Sequence record: OV696614
Reading direction: 5' to 3' (one strand)
Length of the DNA stretch: 64,000 nucleotides
Source: Escherichia phage Cyrano
The translations under genes were made by a program, and so were the position numbers. The first letter of the stretch is position 1; each line of letters starts with the position of its first letter. The notes beneath the pieces are model-generated. The model searched no databases. It was not told where the DNA came from and was given only the letters and a program-made list of their open reading frames with translations. This document shows, in pieces, positions 50,217-58,995 of this stretch.

Positions 50217-50831
50217 ATGTTCGGGATGTCAATTACTCAATCAGATGGAAGTTTGTGGATGAGTCCAGAATTTACTCCGCAAAATCTGATTAATAAAGGG
50301 ACAATGTCTACATCTAAAGGTTCTGTTTTTCAAACATCAATCCCATCAAACAAATCATGTTTTTTTTTCATAAAAAGCAGTAATAAGGCGAACATGATGT
50401 TTATTCATGAGCATAGTAACGGATACAATGCTCTCAGATTGCATCAGGTAAATGGTAGCCCCGGAACAATAACAGTTTATGCTTTTTCTGATATGGTGTT
50501 ACCACATTCTGGCTATGGCATTGCCATGTATAACAGCGCAGGCGCAATGGTGTATCACGGTGAGATGATGCCCCTTGATGCGAAACTTATCACTATTTCT
50601 GACCCTCAATTTACAATAGATATGGGGTATCCATGTGCGGTAATGCCTGCTATGGTTGGAGTATATAACTATAGACGAACCGATTACGACAGACCTGTCT
50701 ATGTAACAATGACAGGTGCAACTGGAAACCAAGTATATAACGGTAAATGGTATTCCGGTAATGTCACATGGGATATTAAGAAGATTTATACAAACAAAAT
50801 TCTGGTGATAAATACCTCCAAGTATGATTAG
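50217..50831 (+). CDS. hypothetical protein (AT-rich cassette)
   Basis: Start moved to ATG 3 nt after the upstream stop; about 204 aa; beta-rich Tyr/Asn/Thr composition. Confidence 0.45.
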   Translation: MFGMSITQSDGSLWMSPEFTPQNLINKGTMSTSKGSVFQTSIPSNKSCFFFIKSSNKANMMFIHEHSNGYNALRLHQVNGSPGTITVYAFSDMVLPHSGYGIAMYNSAGAMVYHGEMMPLDAKLITISDPQFTIDMGYPCAVMPAMVGVYNYRRTDYDRPVYVTMTGATGNQVYNGKWYSGNVTWDIKKIYTNKILVINTSKYD

Positions 50832-50934
50832 CCAATGCCTTTATTTGAAGGATTGCCTGTTTATTTCTATTTAGTACCTTTTCATTTTTGAAATAATTGC
50901 ACCATTAAACAAATCACTTCTTAATGGTGCAATT

Positions 50935-52620
50935 ATGAATACAGCCCTTTCCATCATCGACGATGCCAACTCAAACACTGCTATCGACTATCGGCAGGAA
51001 ATGAACGTCATCCACGAAATTGTGGCCGAGTGCGAGAAAGAGATCGCTTTCATGTACCAGGTTCACGACTTCGTTTATGGCGACGAACGCCACAACATGA
51101 TTAATCGCCTGCTGCAACTGAACCACCGACCAGATGAAGAACGCTCACGTTTGAATCGAGCTTGGCTGGATAAAGTCGATCTGGAATGGGTGAAACAGAA
51201 TATTTGGGCCGAGTACTGGAGGAAGGTCACGGACATGACTAACGTTTTGCTGATCATGCCAGCTTCCCGTCGAGATGAGTGGCGCGAGCAGTTTATAGAG
51301 GGCAAACAGGAAGTCATCAAAACTGACAGAACCGGCTACCAGATGAAGGTTAAAGAGTTCGTTGGTGTACCGGAGTTCAAAGCAGAAACGGTCATACCCA
51401 CGATGCTTAATTTGCTGAATGACAGGCACAAATATCTCTCTGAGCGCGTGTATGGCTTGTTTAAGGCGCTGAGTCCTGCGCACAAGACAAATAAGACAAA
51501 CGGTTTCAGCGAGCGGCTGATAATCGCTGACTGCATTTCTGATTTCTGGCGGGACAGCGTTAGCGTGAACTATCGCAAAGAGGACTACATCGACGATCTG
51601 CGTGTCTTGCTTCATTTCTTCGCGCACAAAGAATTTATTACCATCAACCGCACTGCTGAGGTGCTATCAGCTGCGTATCGGGCAAACGACTGCCAGACCG
51701 GTGACTGGATGAACGTCGATGGAAATCTGATGCGCGTGAAGATGTTCAAGAACGGCAACGTTCACTTTGAAATACATCCTGACGTGGCCTGGAAGTTGAA
51801 TGAGGTGCTGGCTTACAGTATGCCTGCTGCAATTCCCGCGCCATGCCGAACTGCGCCAAAAACACGGGCACCAAAGCAGTTCGGGTTAATCCAGAAGACG
51901 ATCTCCGTGCCGGTTCGCACTGCGCTTCGTGACGGGCGATTGAGCAAAGACAAAGGCGTATGGTACTTCTCTGATTCAGCTCTCCAGAAGTCGCAGGTGG
52001 AAGAGCTTGAGCGCACACTGAGCTTCATTGGCGGCGTGCAGGAGAAAAAGCACTGGCAGTTCCCGTATGACATCGGCCATACGCTAAATACGATTGTGGC
52101 TACCGGTTTAATACCGGATACAAAATCACACCAGTTCTACCCTACCCCACGCTTGATTGCTGAGTACGTTGCCAGAGCCACTGAATTGAAGCCTGGTGAG
52201 AAGCTGCTTGAGCCTCAAGCCGGACGTGGGGATCTTCTGGCCTATATTAACGCCGATCTGGAAGATGTTACCTGCATAGAAATCGCACCTCTCTTCGCTG
52301 ATATCCTGCGTGGAAAAGGGTATACGAACACGATTTGCTGCGACTTCATAAAGTGGTCTGAGGACAACGCAGGTTATCAGTTCGACAAAATCGTTATGAA
52401 CCCGCCGTACTCGCTTGGTCGTCATAGAGAGCACACGCTGGCTGCGCTGGGGCATCTGAAAGTCGGCGGGCGTCTTGTAGCAGTATTGCCGGGCACTGCG
52501 CCAATCCTGAGCTGGATGACGATGGATAATTACGTTTATGCCAAAGGGAAGTCGTTTACCAACGAGTTTGAAGATACCGGGATCACAGTCAGCGTATACG
52601 TTTTCAAACGCGTTAAATGA
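50935..52620 (+). CDS. N6-adenine DNA methyltransferase with large N-terminal domain
   Basis: 561 aa; C-terminal SAM-binding LEPQAGRGDL and catalytic MNPPYS; N-terminal about 380 aa unassigned. Confidence 0.65.
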   Translation: MNTALSIIDDANSNTAIDYRQEMNVIHEIVAECEKEIAFMYQVHDFVYGDERHNMINRLLQLNHRPDEERSRLNRAWLDKVDLEWVKQNIWAEYWRKVTDMTNVLLIMPASRRDEWREQFIEGKQEVIKTDRTGYQMKVKEFVGVPEFKAETVIPTMLNLLNDRHKYLSERVYGLFKALSPAHKTNKTNGFSERLIIADCISDFWRDSVSVNYRKEDYIDDLRVLLHFFAHKEFITINRTAEVLSAAYRANDCQTGDWMNVDGNLMRVKMFKNGNVHFEIHPDVAWKLNEVLAYSMPAAIPAPCRTAPKTRAPKQFGLIQKTISVPVRTALRDGRLSKDKGVWYFSDSALQKSQVEELERTLSFIGGVQEKKHWQFPYDIGHTLNTIVATGLIPDTKSHQFYPTPRLIAEYVARATELKPGEKLLEPQAGRGDLLAYINADLEDVTCIEIAPLFADILRGKGYTNTICCDFIKWSEDNAGYQFDKIVMNPPYSLGRHREHTLAALGHLKVGGRLVAVLPGTAPILSWMTMDNYVYAKGKSFTNEFEDTGITVSVYVFKRVK

Positions 52621-52681
52621 TAGGTAAATGCTTACTTAATTTGTGTAAGAATGTAGTAACTAAACGATAAGAGAAAAACAC

Positions 52682-53386
52682 ATGAGCAACCTCCAGTTAG
52701 AGCATTTTAACGTCACAGGACATTCCGATTTTCCTTTCAAGTTTACATTGAAAGGTTATGCAGAGGATGCGGTAGGCCAGATCATTATTGATAAAGGCAT
52801 CGTTAAGTTTGAGGGGAATTTTGATGAATCCGCGAAAACATTCATAGACTTCGTTGCCAAACGTTGGAGCGAGCAATGGAAAGACCTGGAAAAGCGCGCT
52901 AGTGAGTTTGATCGGTTCATGGATGCAATGGATACAGCAAAAGAGGCTATTGCTGCCGGGACTCCGTTAGATCTGGAGTCACTTTTCAACGGCGAAGTGG
53001 CCTCTGCGATGTTCGCTACCATGTTCGCGGGTGAGTTCGTCCGCAGCGGTGCCAAAAACTACCTTGAGCTGGATTACAACGTCCCTGCAATTGGCGATTT
53101 CGTCGTTACCATCCAACGCAAAGAAGGTAAGACGCCAGGTGAACGCGTCGCAGAACTTGAGGCTGTTGTGGATCAGCGTAACGGAGAGTGTGACCGTTTG
53201 ATCAACGAGCTTCATGCACTTCGGGAAGAAAGAATATGCGAGGGTAGTAATACACGTAATGCAGCGGATATCTACTTCCAGTTAGTTGAGGAATGCCAGA
53301 TTCCACCAGGTGGCTCTCTTGTCGATTACGTCGGACATTTAATGGCGGAAGTTAACTCCAGCCATAAAGATGGTGAGGTGCGCTGA
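52682..53386 (+). CDS. hypothetical protein
   Basis: 234 aa; GAGAAAAACACATG start context. Confidence 0.45.
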   Translation: MSNLQLEHFNVTGHSDFPFKFTLKGYAEDAVGQIIIDKGIVKFEGNFDESAKTFIDFVAKRWSEQWKDLEKRASEFDRFMDAMDTAKEAIAAGTPLDLESLFNGEVASAMFATMFAGEFVRSGAKNYLELDYNVPAIGDFVVTIQRKEGKTPGERVAELEAVVDQRNGECDRLINELHALREERICEGSNTRNAADIYFQLVEECQIPPGGSLVDYVGHLMAEVNSSHKDGEVR

Positions 53387-53766
53387 TGTTTGGCATTGAC
53401 GCACAGCGTATAGCCGCTTTTGCAAAAAGCCCTCTTGATAATCCCTTGTCTCGTAGTGAGCAAATGGAGCTGGCAAGGCTTTTTCTTCACATTCAAAAAC
53501 AGGCAGACATTTTCAATAACATGCCTAATCAACCTATTCTGGATGGTCACATCCAGATGGTCATTAACAGTCATGAGAAAGGCTGGGCTGCAATCGTCCC
53601 CTGCACAATTACATACAGGTTGGCTAAAGAGGTTCAAGAGTTTCGAAAAGTCAGTGTCGAATCAGAGTCTACCAAAGCCGCAATAAACACTCTTATTCGC
53701 ATGGGGTTCACATGGACCGGTGGAGCCTACTGGCAAGCACCTCACCCCATTTTATCCGGCAATTAG
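53386..53766 (+). CDS. hypothetical protein
   Basis: 126 aa; ATGA-coupled start. Confidence 0.4.
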   Translation: MFGIDAQRIAAFAKSPLDNPLSRSEQMELARLFLHIQKQADIFNNMPNQPILDGHIQMVINSHEKGWAAIVPCTITYRLAKEVQEFRKVSVESESTKAAINTLIRMGFTWTGGAYWQAPHPILSGN

Positions 53767-53903
53767 ACGCTACAAATCCTTCGGCATGAATAAATAAAGG
53801 CCATAAGTTGTGGCCTTAAATAAATTGTTTTCTACCTTTTCTTATTTGTGAAAATAACCAGCACTTGGTAGTGCTTATGTAACAGCAAAGAAGAGAAAAA
53901 CAC

Positions 53904-54455
53904 ATGAGTAACAAAATCGAAAATCCCGTAGTTCTCATTCACAAGCGCGAGAACCACGACTCCTATGCGGTGGCGATCACCAATGGGAGTCACGATTTTT
54001 ACGATGGCCTGCTAATGGCCTCAGTGTCGCCTGATAAGGCAGACAACTCTTTTGCCGTCTTCGCTATGGTTGGTTACTACATGGCTGCCGAAATTGAGAA
54101 GTTGCGGGCGCAGAGAGACGCATTAGCGGCGGAGAATGTGGCATTGCGATCTAAGGCTGCGGAACTGGCACATGAAGCGTCAAAAATTTACTCGGCATAT
54201 AACGCCACTATCACAGAGCCTGACGGGGATTTTATGGACATGCAGACATTGCATGAAATGCAGTGCATAGAAACTCCAGCCACCGATGCTTTTCTGGCTG
54301 AAGTACGTGCGCAGGGCGTGGATATGGCTCGTAACGCGATGATTGATTTTGTTGATGGTGAAGTTGGGCCAAACAAGAACGTTCCGGGGCTGATTAGAGG
54401 CGCAGAGATATGCGTAAGTATTGCTGAACAGCTTCGTAAAGGAGTCATCCAGTGA
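53904..54455 (+). CDS. hypothetical protein (lambdoid early-region-like)
   Basis: 183 aa; AGAGAAAAACACATG context; DAFLAEVRAQGVDMA resembles ead/Ea22-type proteins. Confidence 0.45.
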   Translation: MSNKIENPVVLIHKRENHDSYAVAITNGSHDFYDGLLMASVSPDKADNSFAVFAMVGYYMAAEIEKLRAQRDALAAENVALRSKAAELAHEASKIYSAYNATITEPDGDFMDMQTLHEMQCIETPATDAFLAEVRAQGVDMARNAMIDFVDGEVGPNKNVPGLIRGAEICVSIAEQLRKGVIQ

Positions 54456-55012
54456 GCAAGATTGACTATCAGGCACTGCGTGAGATAGCAGAGAAAGCAA
54501 CGTGTGGTGTGTGGTCGCTCGAGTATGGAGAGGGCCGATTTGATGGTGATGATGCACTAATTCATCGCGAGGCTGCTGGATATATTCCCATTTGCAGAAT
54601 TGAAGGAGCGCATCCTGAAAGCGGTTTCGATGAAGATTTCCAAATGGAACAGCAGGCCAATGCTGAATTCATCGCCGCAGCCAATCCGGCTACTGTGCTG
54701 ACGCTGCTGGATGAACGGGAAGGAAACCAGCAATACATCAAACGCCGCGACCAGGAGAACGAGGAGATTGCGTTAACGGTAGGGAAGTTGCGCGTTGAGC
54801 TTGAGGCAGAAAAACAGCGGGCAAAGGATCTGTTTATGGAAAATGCTCGGCTTAAGTCAGGCATAGCTGGTCTGATACACCTCGGTATTCGATATGCGGA
54901 TGTTGAGGTCATGAAAATTGCTGGAGATGCCCAGCTTTCTACTCCATGCACTGACAGCATCATAAACAGCATTGCAGCAGGCATTTTCACCAAAGAGGGG
55001 GCAGCACGATGA
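54452..55012 (+). CDS. Ead/Ea22-like protein
   Basis: 186 aa; EFIAAANPATVLTLLDE block typical of Ea22-like prophage proteins as I recall them. Confidence 0.45.
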   Translation: MSKIDYQALREIAEKATCGVWSLEYGEGRFDGDDALIHREAAGYIPICRIEGAHPESGFDEDFQMEQQANAEFIAAANPATVLTLLDEREGNQQYIKRRDQENEEIALTVGKLRVELEAEKQRAKDLFMENARLKSGIAGLIHLGIRYADVEVMKIAGDAQLSTPCTDSIINSIAAGIFTKEGAAR

Positions 55013-55194
55013 GAACACTAGAGGTTCGCGCTGAAGACGTAATCCCTGGTGATGTGCTCATAACATCTAAAGGTCAACAATGTGCGGTTAAATCTTTTTG
55101 GATGGAAAATGACAAAGTGACTCTGTTCGGTACGGATGGTTCCGAAACTGATTATGACTACGACGAATTGCTTGTTGTTGAGAGAGCTGCCTAA
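55009..55194 (+). CDS. hypothetical small protein
   Basis: 61 aa; coupled starts on both sides. Confidence 0.35.
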   Translation: MRTLEVRAEDVIPGDVLITSKGQQCAVKSFWMENDKVTLFGTDGSETDYDYDELLVVERAA

Positions 55195-55847
55195 TGACCA
55201 CCGTTAACAATAAGAAATGCTACCCAAGCGAGAAATATCTTAATGAGCTGATCACCAACATTGAGTTTGCTGCAAGGGCACCAGTTGAAGTCGTGAGAGC
55301 GATTGCAGCAGAGCTACAGAAGCACCGTAAGGCCTATGCCAATACAGCCGCATCTAAGGATGGTTGGATAAGCTGTAGTGAGCGAATGCCTGTAATCGGC
55401 GAGCTAAATTGGAGAACTGGTTTTCCTTTGCTGATTACGTGTGAGATCGGCGTTATACCTGCTTATTACGGCTTTGTGAGCGTTAATGGTGATAGGCATT
55501 ATGGCTTTATGGAGAGTCTTAAATACGGAGACGATAACGGCAACCATCCTCAAACTAATGAATATGGTCTGATTAGCAATGTCACACACTGGATGCCACT
55601 ACCAGAACGCCGCAGGAGTCGAACAGTGAATAATGCAGAGTTATTTCAGAAAATATCGGCTCTCGCGACTGAATGCCACGCTATAGCATCTGAGCTTGAT
55701 GTTGGCGATGAACGAACCGAGATGTTCGAAATATACAGTGTGCTGCGCAATCTCTGTCGGCGTGGCTACGCCACTCAAGTAGGGCGAATGACTAACCCAC
55801 TACTCTCATCCTGTGATGAGGATGACTCGGATGAGGATGACGAATGA
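55194..55847 (+). CDS. DUF551-like protein
   Basis: 217 aa; GWISCSERMP block resembles the DUF551 signature of lambdoid prophage proteins. Confidence 0.45.
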   Translation: MTTVNNKKCYPSEKYLNELITNIEFAARAPVEVVRAIAAELQKHRKAYANTAASKDGWISCSERMPVIGELNWRTGFPLLITCEIGVIPAYYGFVSVNGDRHYGFMESLKYGDDNGNHPQTNEYGLISNVTHWMPLPERRRSRTVNNAELFQKISALATECHAIASELDVGDERTEMFEIYSVLRNLCRRGYATQVGRMTNPLLSSCDEDDSDEDDE

Positions 55848-56509
55848 TGCATAAATCAGTAGCCGGTGAGTTTCAGAAGGAAGTCGATAATACTACCGTT
55901 CTATTGGACGATATTTTAAGCATTCTCGCGCTTCTTGAGGCTGGCGATTGGTCAGAACATTGCACTAAAACGGAGTTAGGCGGTCGGCTTGAAAGAGAGA
56001 TTACACGACTTATTGGTGATGCGCAGGAAGCTACAGTCACTAGTTATGAGTTAATCGCTGAAGCCTGGCGTTTGATGGATGGACAAGATCCTAAAACCAG
56101 CGATTGGCATAGCAAGGCTTCGAAGTATTTAAATTCCGATAGGGTAGAAAAAGTTGATGATGTGAAACCGAAGCCAGTAGACCACGGTTTCCGCGATAAC
56201 TGCGAATGCTCTAGTTGCCAGACCACGGCCCGTATTTGTTCCGAATTGACAGATAAGTCCAGCCTAATCTACGAAGTTAATGTAGGCGGTAATACATGGG
56301 TCGAATGCACAAGAGCTGCATACGTAAGAGCAAAAGACAAGGGTGAATTAACCAGAGTTGTTACCAATCACCCAAATAATGAGCTTAAAGATCACCAGAT
56401 TCGAGAACTGGTGAACGAGTTGAGAGATATTGCGGTTCAGTACCACGGAACGCAGCAATTGCGGGAGAAGATTGCCAGAGCAGTGAACAACTCAGTCCGT
56501 AAAAAATAA
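55844..56509 (+). CDS. hypothetical protein
   Basis: 221 aa; ATGA-coupled start. Confidence 0.45.
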   Translation: MMHKSVAGEFQKEVDNTTVLLDDILSILALLEAGDWSEHCTKTELGGRLEREITRLIGDAQEATVTSYELIAEAWRLMDGQDPKTSDWHSKASKYLNSDRVEKVDDVKPKPVDHGFRDNCECSSCQTTARICSELTDKSSLIYEVNVGGNTWVECTRAAYVRAKDKGELTRVVTNHPNNELKDHQIRELVNELRDIAVQYHGTQQLREKIARAVNNSVRKK

Positions 56510-56949
56510 GCAATAGTACGATAAAGAGGCCCCATGCTCTTGATGGGGCCTGTAGCAACTAGCGTTATGGACGCTGGTTTACGTACTCAATGATCGCTTT
56601 GATAATCGCGAACATCGGCGGCACGATTTTGAACAGTAAGTTAACCATAACAGGCCTCACTTAGTTTTATCGCGCCTAGCTGCAAATACCTTTGGGCTTG
56701 CCTTTGCAGTTGCAATATCTGTAGTCGCCAGATACTTACGGCACGATTTCGAGTTAAGGTAAGGTTTTAGAGTCACCAAAAACCTGGACTTAAATCTTCT
56801 TTGAGAACAACGATGTTTAGTAAATGGTCATTATTACCTGGTATGACCACTCAACGTTTCTTGATGAATCCAGTACATTCGGTTAATCTTAATTCAGTCG
56901 CCAGATACTTATGGCTCAGGAACAGAGCCGCAAACTCTGTTTCCTTTTA

Positions 56950-56980
56950 AAAAGCCCAGCCTAGTCAACTGGGCTTTTTA
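56950..56980. terminator. Bidirectional rho-independent terminator
   Basis: aaaaagcccag..ctgggcttttta hairpin with flanking A and T runs. Confidence 0.6.
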
Positions 56981-57274
56981 ATGTCTATTTTTAACCCAAT
57001 GAACCTTCAATACCGCAACATCAGTGTCTTGCGAATTAAGATAGTGTGTATAGGTTATGCATGCAAGTGCATAACTCTGTGGATAACTCAGGAAGGAAAA
57101 AGTAGCTTCCGCGCAATTTAGGCCAGACAAGGCTTTCGCAAAAGTCAACAGAGAGAAAAAATTTGTTAAAAATAACGTTTGTTGGAATTGTATATATTTA
57201 TGCCTTTCAATAGTTAGCATCTTATTAACATCTTTTTTAAGAGATAGAGTTCAAAAATATATAGCTTCAACATA

Positions 57275-57294
57275 TACTGTATGTGTATACAGTA
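57275..57294. promoter_or_regulatory. LexA (SOS) box
   Basis: tactgtatgtgtatacagta: perfect CTGT-N8-ACAG palindrome about 17 nt upstream of the humD-like start. Confidence 0.8.
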
Positions 57295-57310
57295 TTAAGA
57301 GGCGAGTATT

Positions 57311-57700
57311 ATGGGCTTCCCTTCTCCTGCGGCGGATTATGCTGAGAGCCGTATTTCTCTTGATCAGCAGATAATTAGACATCCTTCAGCGACCTACTTC
57401 ATGAGGGCAGCTGATAGTCATCATCGTGAGGGAATATTACAGGGTGCATTGCTGGTGGTCGATTCCTCACTTACCCCGGTTGATGGTTCTCTGCTTGTAT
57501 GCGCTCTGGATGGGGAATATCGCGTAAAAAGATACCGGAAGTACCCACGTCAGCATCTGGAGGATTTAAGAACCGGTAAGAAGGAAGCATTGCCAAAGGA
57601 TGACGATGGATGCACGGGCAGCAATGCCGTGTTTGGTGTGATCACTCACATTATCAACGACGCAAGAAGTGGCGAGTTTGATGATTGTCCCGTGATGTAG
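57311..57700 (+). CDS. humD: UmuD'-like protein (P1 HumD-like, pre-truncated)
   Basis: 129 aa beginning MGFPSPAADYAE, i.e. at the position of the UmuD Cys24-Gly25 cleavage site; S24 peptidase-like core. Confidence 0.8.
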   Translation: MGFPSPAADYAESRISLDQQIIRHPSATYFMRAADSHHREGILQGALLVVDSSLTPVDGSLLVCALDGEYRVKRYRKYPRQHLEDLRTGKKEALPKDDDGCTGSNAVFGVITHIINDARSGEFDDCPVM

Positions 57701-57712
57701 GAGAACTGATTA

Positions 57713-57736
57713 GGCGGTGCATTGCACCGCCTTTTT
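57713..57736. terminator. Bidirectional terminator between humD-like gene and mrp
   Basis: ggcggtgcattgcaccgcc hairpin followed by tttttat. Confidence 0.7.
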
Positions 57737-57737
57737 A

Positions 57738-58838
57738 TCACACTGCGCGGAATGCGATTTCGCCAGGTATTACTTCACCTTGCCAATACATTTGGGCAGC
57801 AACGCGATCTGCGAGGTCACGATAAATAGCCGTAAATTCGCTATCTGGACGACTAATAACGGTTGGTGTTCCGTTATCCAGATCTTCACGAAGAGAGATA
57901 TGAAGTGGCATTTGGCCTAACAACTGCGTGTTGTATTTCTCGGCCAGTTTCTGTGCGCCACCGGTGCCAAAAATTGGCTCGTGATGACCGCAGTTACTGC
58001 AAATATGCACACTCATGTTTTCGACGATACCCAGTACCGGCACTTCGACTTTTTCGAACATCACAATGCCTTTCTTCGCATCGATCAGCGCGATGTCTTG
58101 CGGCGTAGTTACCACAACCGCACCAGTTACAGGAATGTTCTGCGCCAGCGTCAACTGAATATCACCAGTGCCCGGCGGCATATCGAGAACGAGATAGTCC
58201 AGATCAGGCCACAGTGTTTCCTGCAACATCTGCATCAGCGCCTTGCTGGCCATCGGTCCACGCCACACCATCGCATTGTCGTCAGTGACCAGATAACCAA
58301 TTGAATTGGTTGCCAGGCCATGAGACATGATAGGTGCCATGTGAGTACCGTCAGGTGAGGTTGGACGTTGGTTTTCCGCGCCCAGCATGGTTGGAATTGA
58401 TGGCCCGTAGATATCGGCATCCAAAATACCAACTTTCGCACCTTCAGCCGCCAGCGCCAGCGCCAGGTTTACCGCCGTGGAGGATTTACCCACGCCGCCT
58501 TTACCGGAGCTGACCGCAATGATGTTCTTCACGCCATTAATGCCTGGTTGGTTTTTGACGCGCTTAAGCGTGGCAATGTTGTACGACAGCTTCCAGTCAA
58601 TAGCCTTTGCGCCAGTGATACGGAGCAGATCACCACTACATTGCTCTTTCAGATCTTCAAAAGGCTTATTCCACACGAAAGGCATGATTAGTTCGACATG
58701 CAGTGTGTCATCCATCAACGCAACATGGTGTAACGCTTTAAGCGTAGTCAGGTTGTGTTTCAGGGTTGGGTGCTGAAAATTAGCCAGCGTACCGGCTACC
58801 ATTGCTCTCAGGGCATCCGGCGATTTGGACTCGCTCAT
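57738..58838 (-). CDS. mrp: Iron-sulfur cluster carrier ATPase Mrp/ApbC
   Basis: 366 aa; P-loop SSGKGGVGKSST, CxxC motif ICSNCGHHEPIFG; enterobacterial Mrp-like; divergent from metG. Confidence 0.9.
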   Translation of the reverse strand: MSESKSPDALRAMVAGTLANFQHPTLKHNLTTLKALHHVALMDDTLHVELIMPFVWNKPFEDLKEQCSGDLLRITGAKAIDWKLSYNIATLKRVKNQPGINGVKNIIAVSSGKGGVGKSSTAVNLALALAAEGAKVGILDADIYGPSIPTMLGAENQRPTSPDGTHMAPIMSHGLATNSIGYLVTDDNAMVWRGPMASKALMQMLQETLWPDLDYLVLDMPPGTGDIQLTLAQNIPVTGAVVVTTPQDIALIDAKKGIVMFEKVEVPVLGIVENMSVHICSNCGHHEPIFGTGGAQKLAEKYNTQLLGQMPLHISLREDLDNGTPTVISRPDSEFTAIYRDLADRVAAQMYWQGEVIPGEIAFRAV

Positions 58839-58995
58839 CCCGTCTCCTTTATTTTAATTTGCGCAATTGTCGCCTTGTAGTGTACTCCAGCTACGACATT
58901 TAATCATTTATGAGAAATGCTGTTATCACATGGCAGACATAAGGCCATTTTGTTACTATCAAGCCCCTTTTCACTACAAAGAAGTAATGCCTACT

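Noticed and set aside
1-56500. Identification of the element as a T5-like phage (tRNAs, DHFR, thymidylate synthase, NrdAB, RNase H, SbcCD-like genes)
   Set aside because: The polymerase is DnaE-type rather than the family A enzyme of T5, the ligase is ATP-dependent, and a P1-type plasmid replicon and integrase are present. Content fits a mosaic phage-plasmid better than any single classic phage.
56978-57220. 80-aa minus-strand ORF in the intergenic region upstream of the humD-like gene
   Set aside because: It overlaps the terminator and repeat-rich region, has no RBS, and an odd composition; more likely noncoding promoter/operator DNA containing the LexA box.
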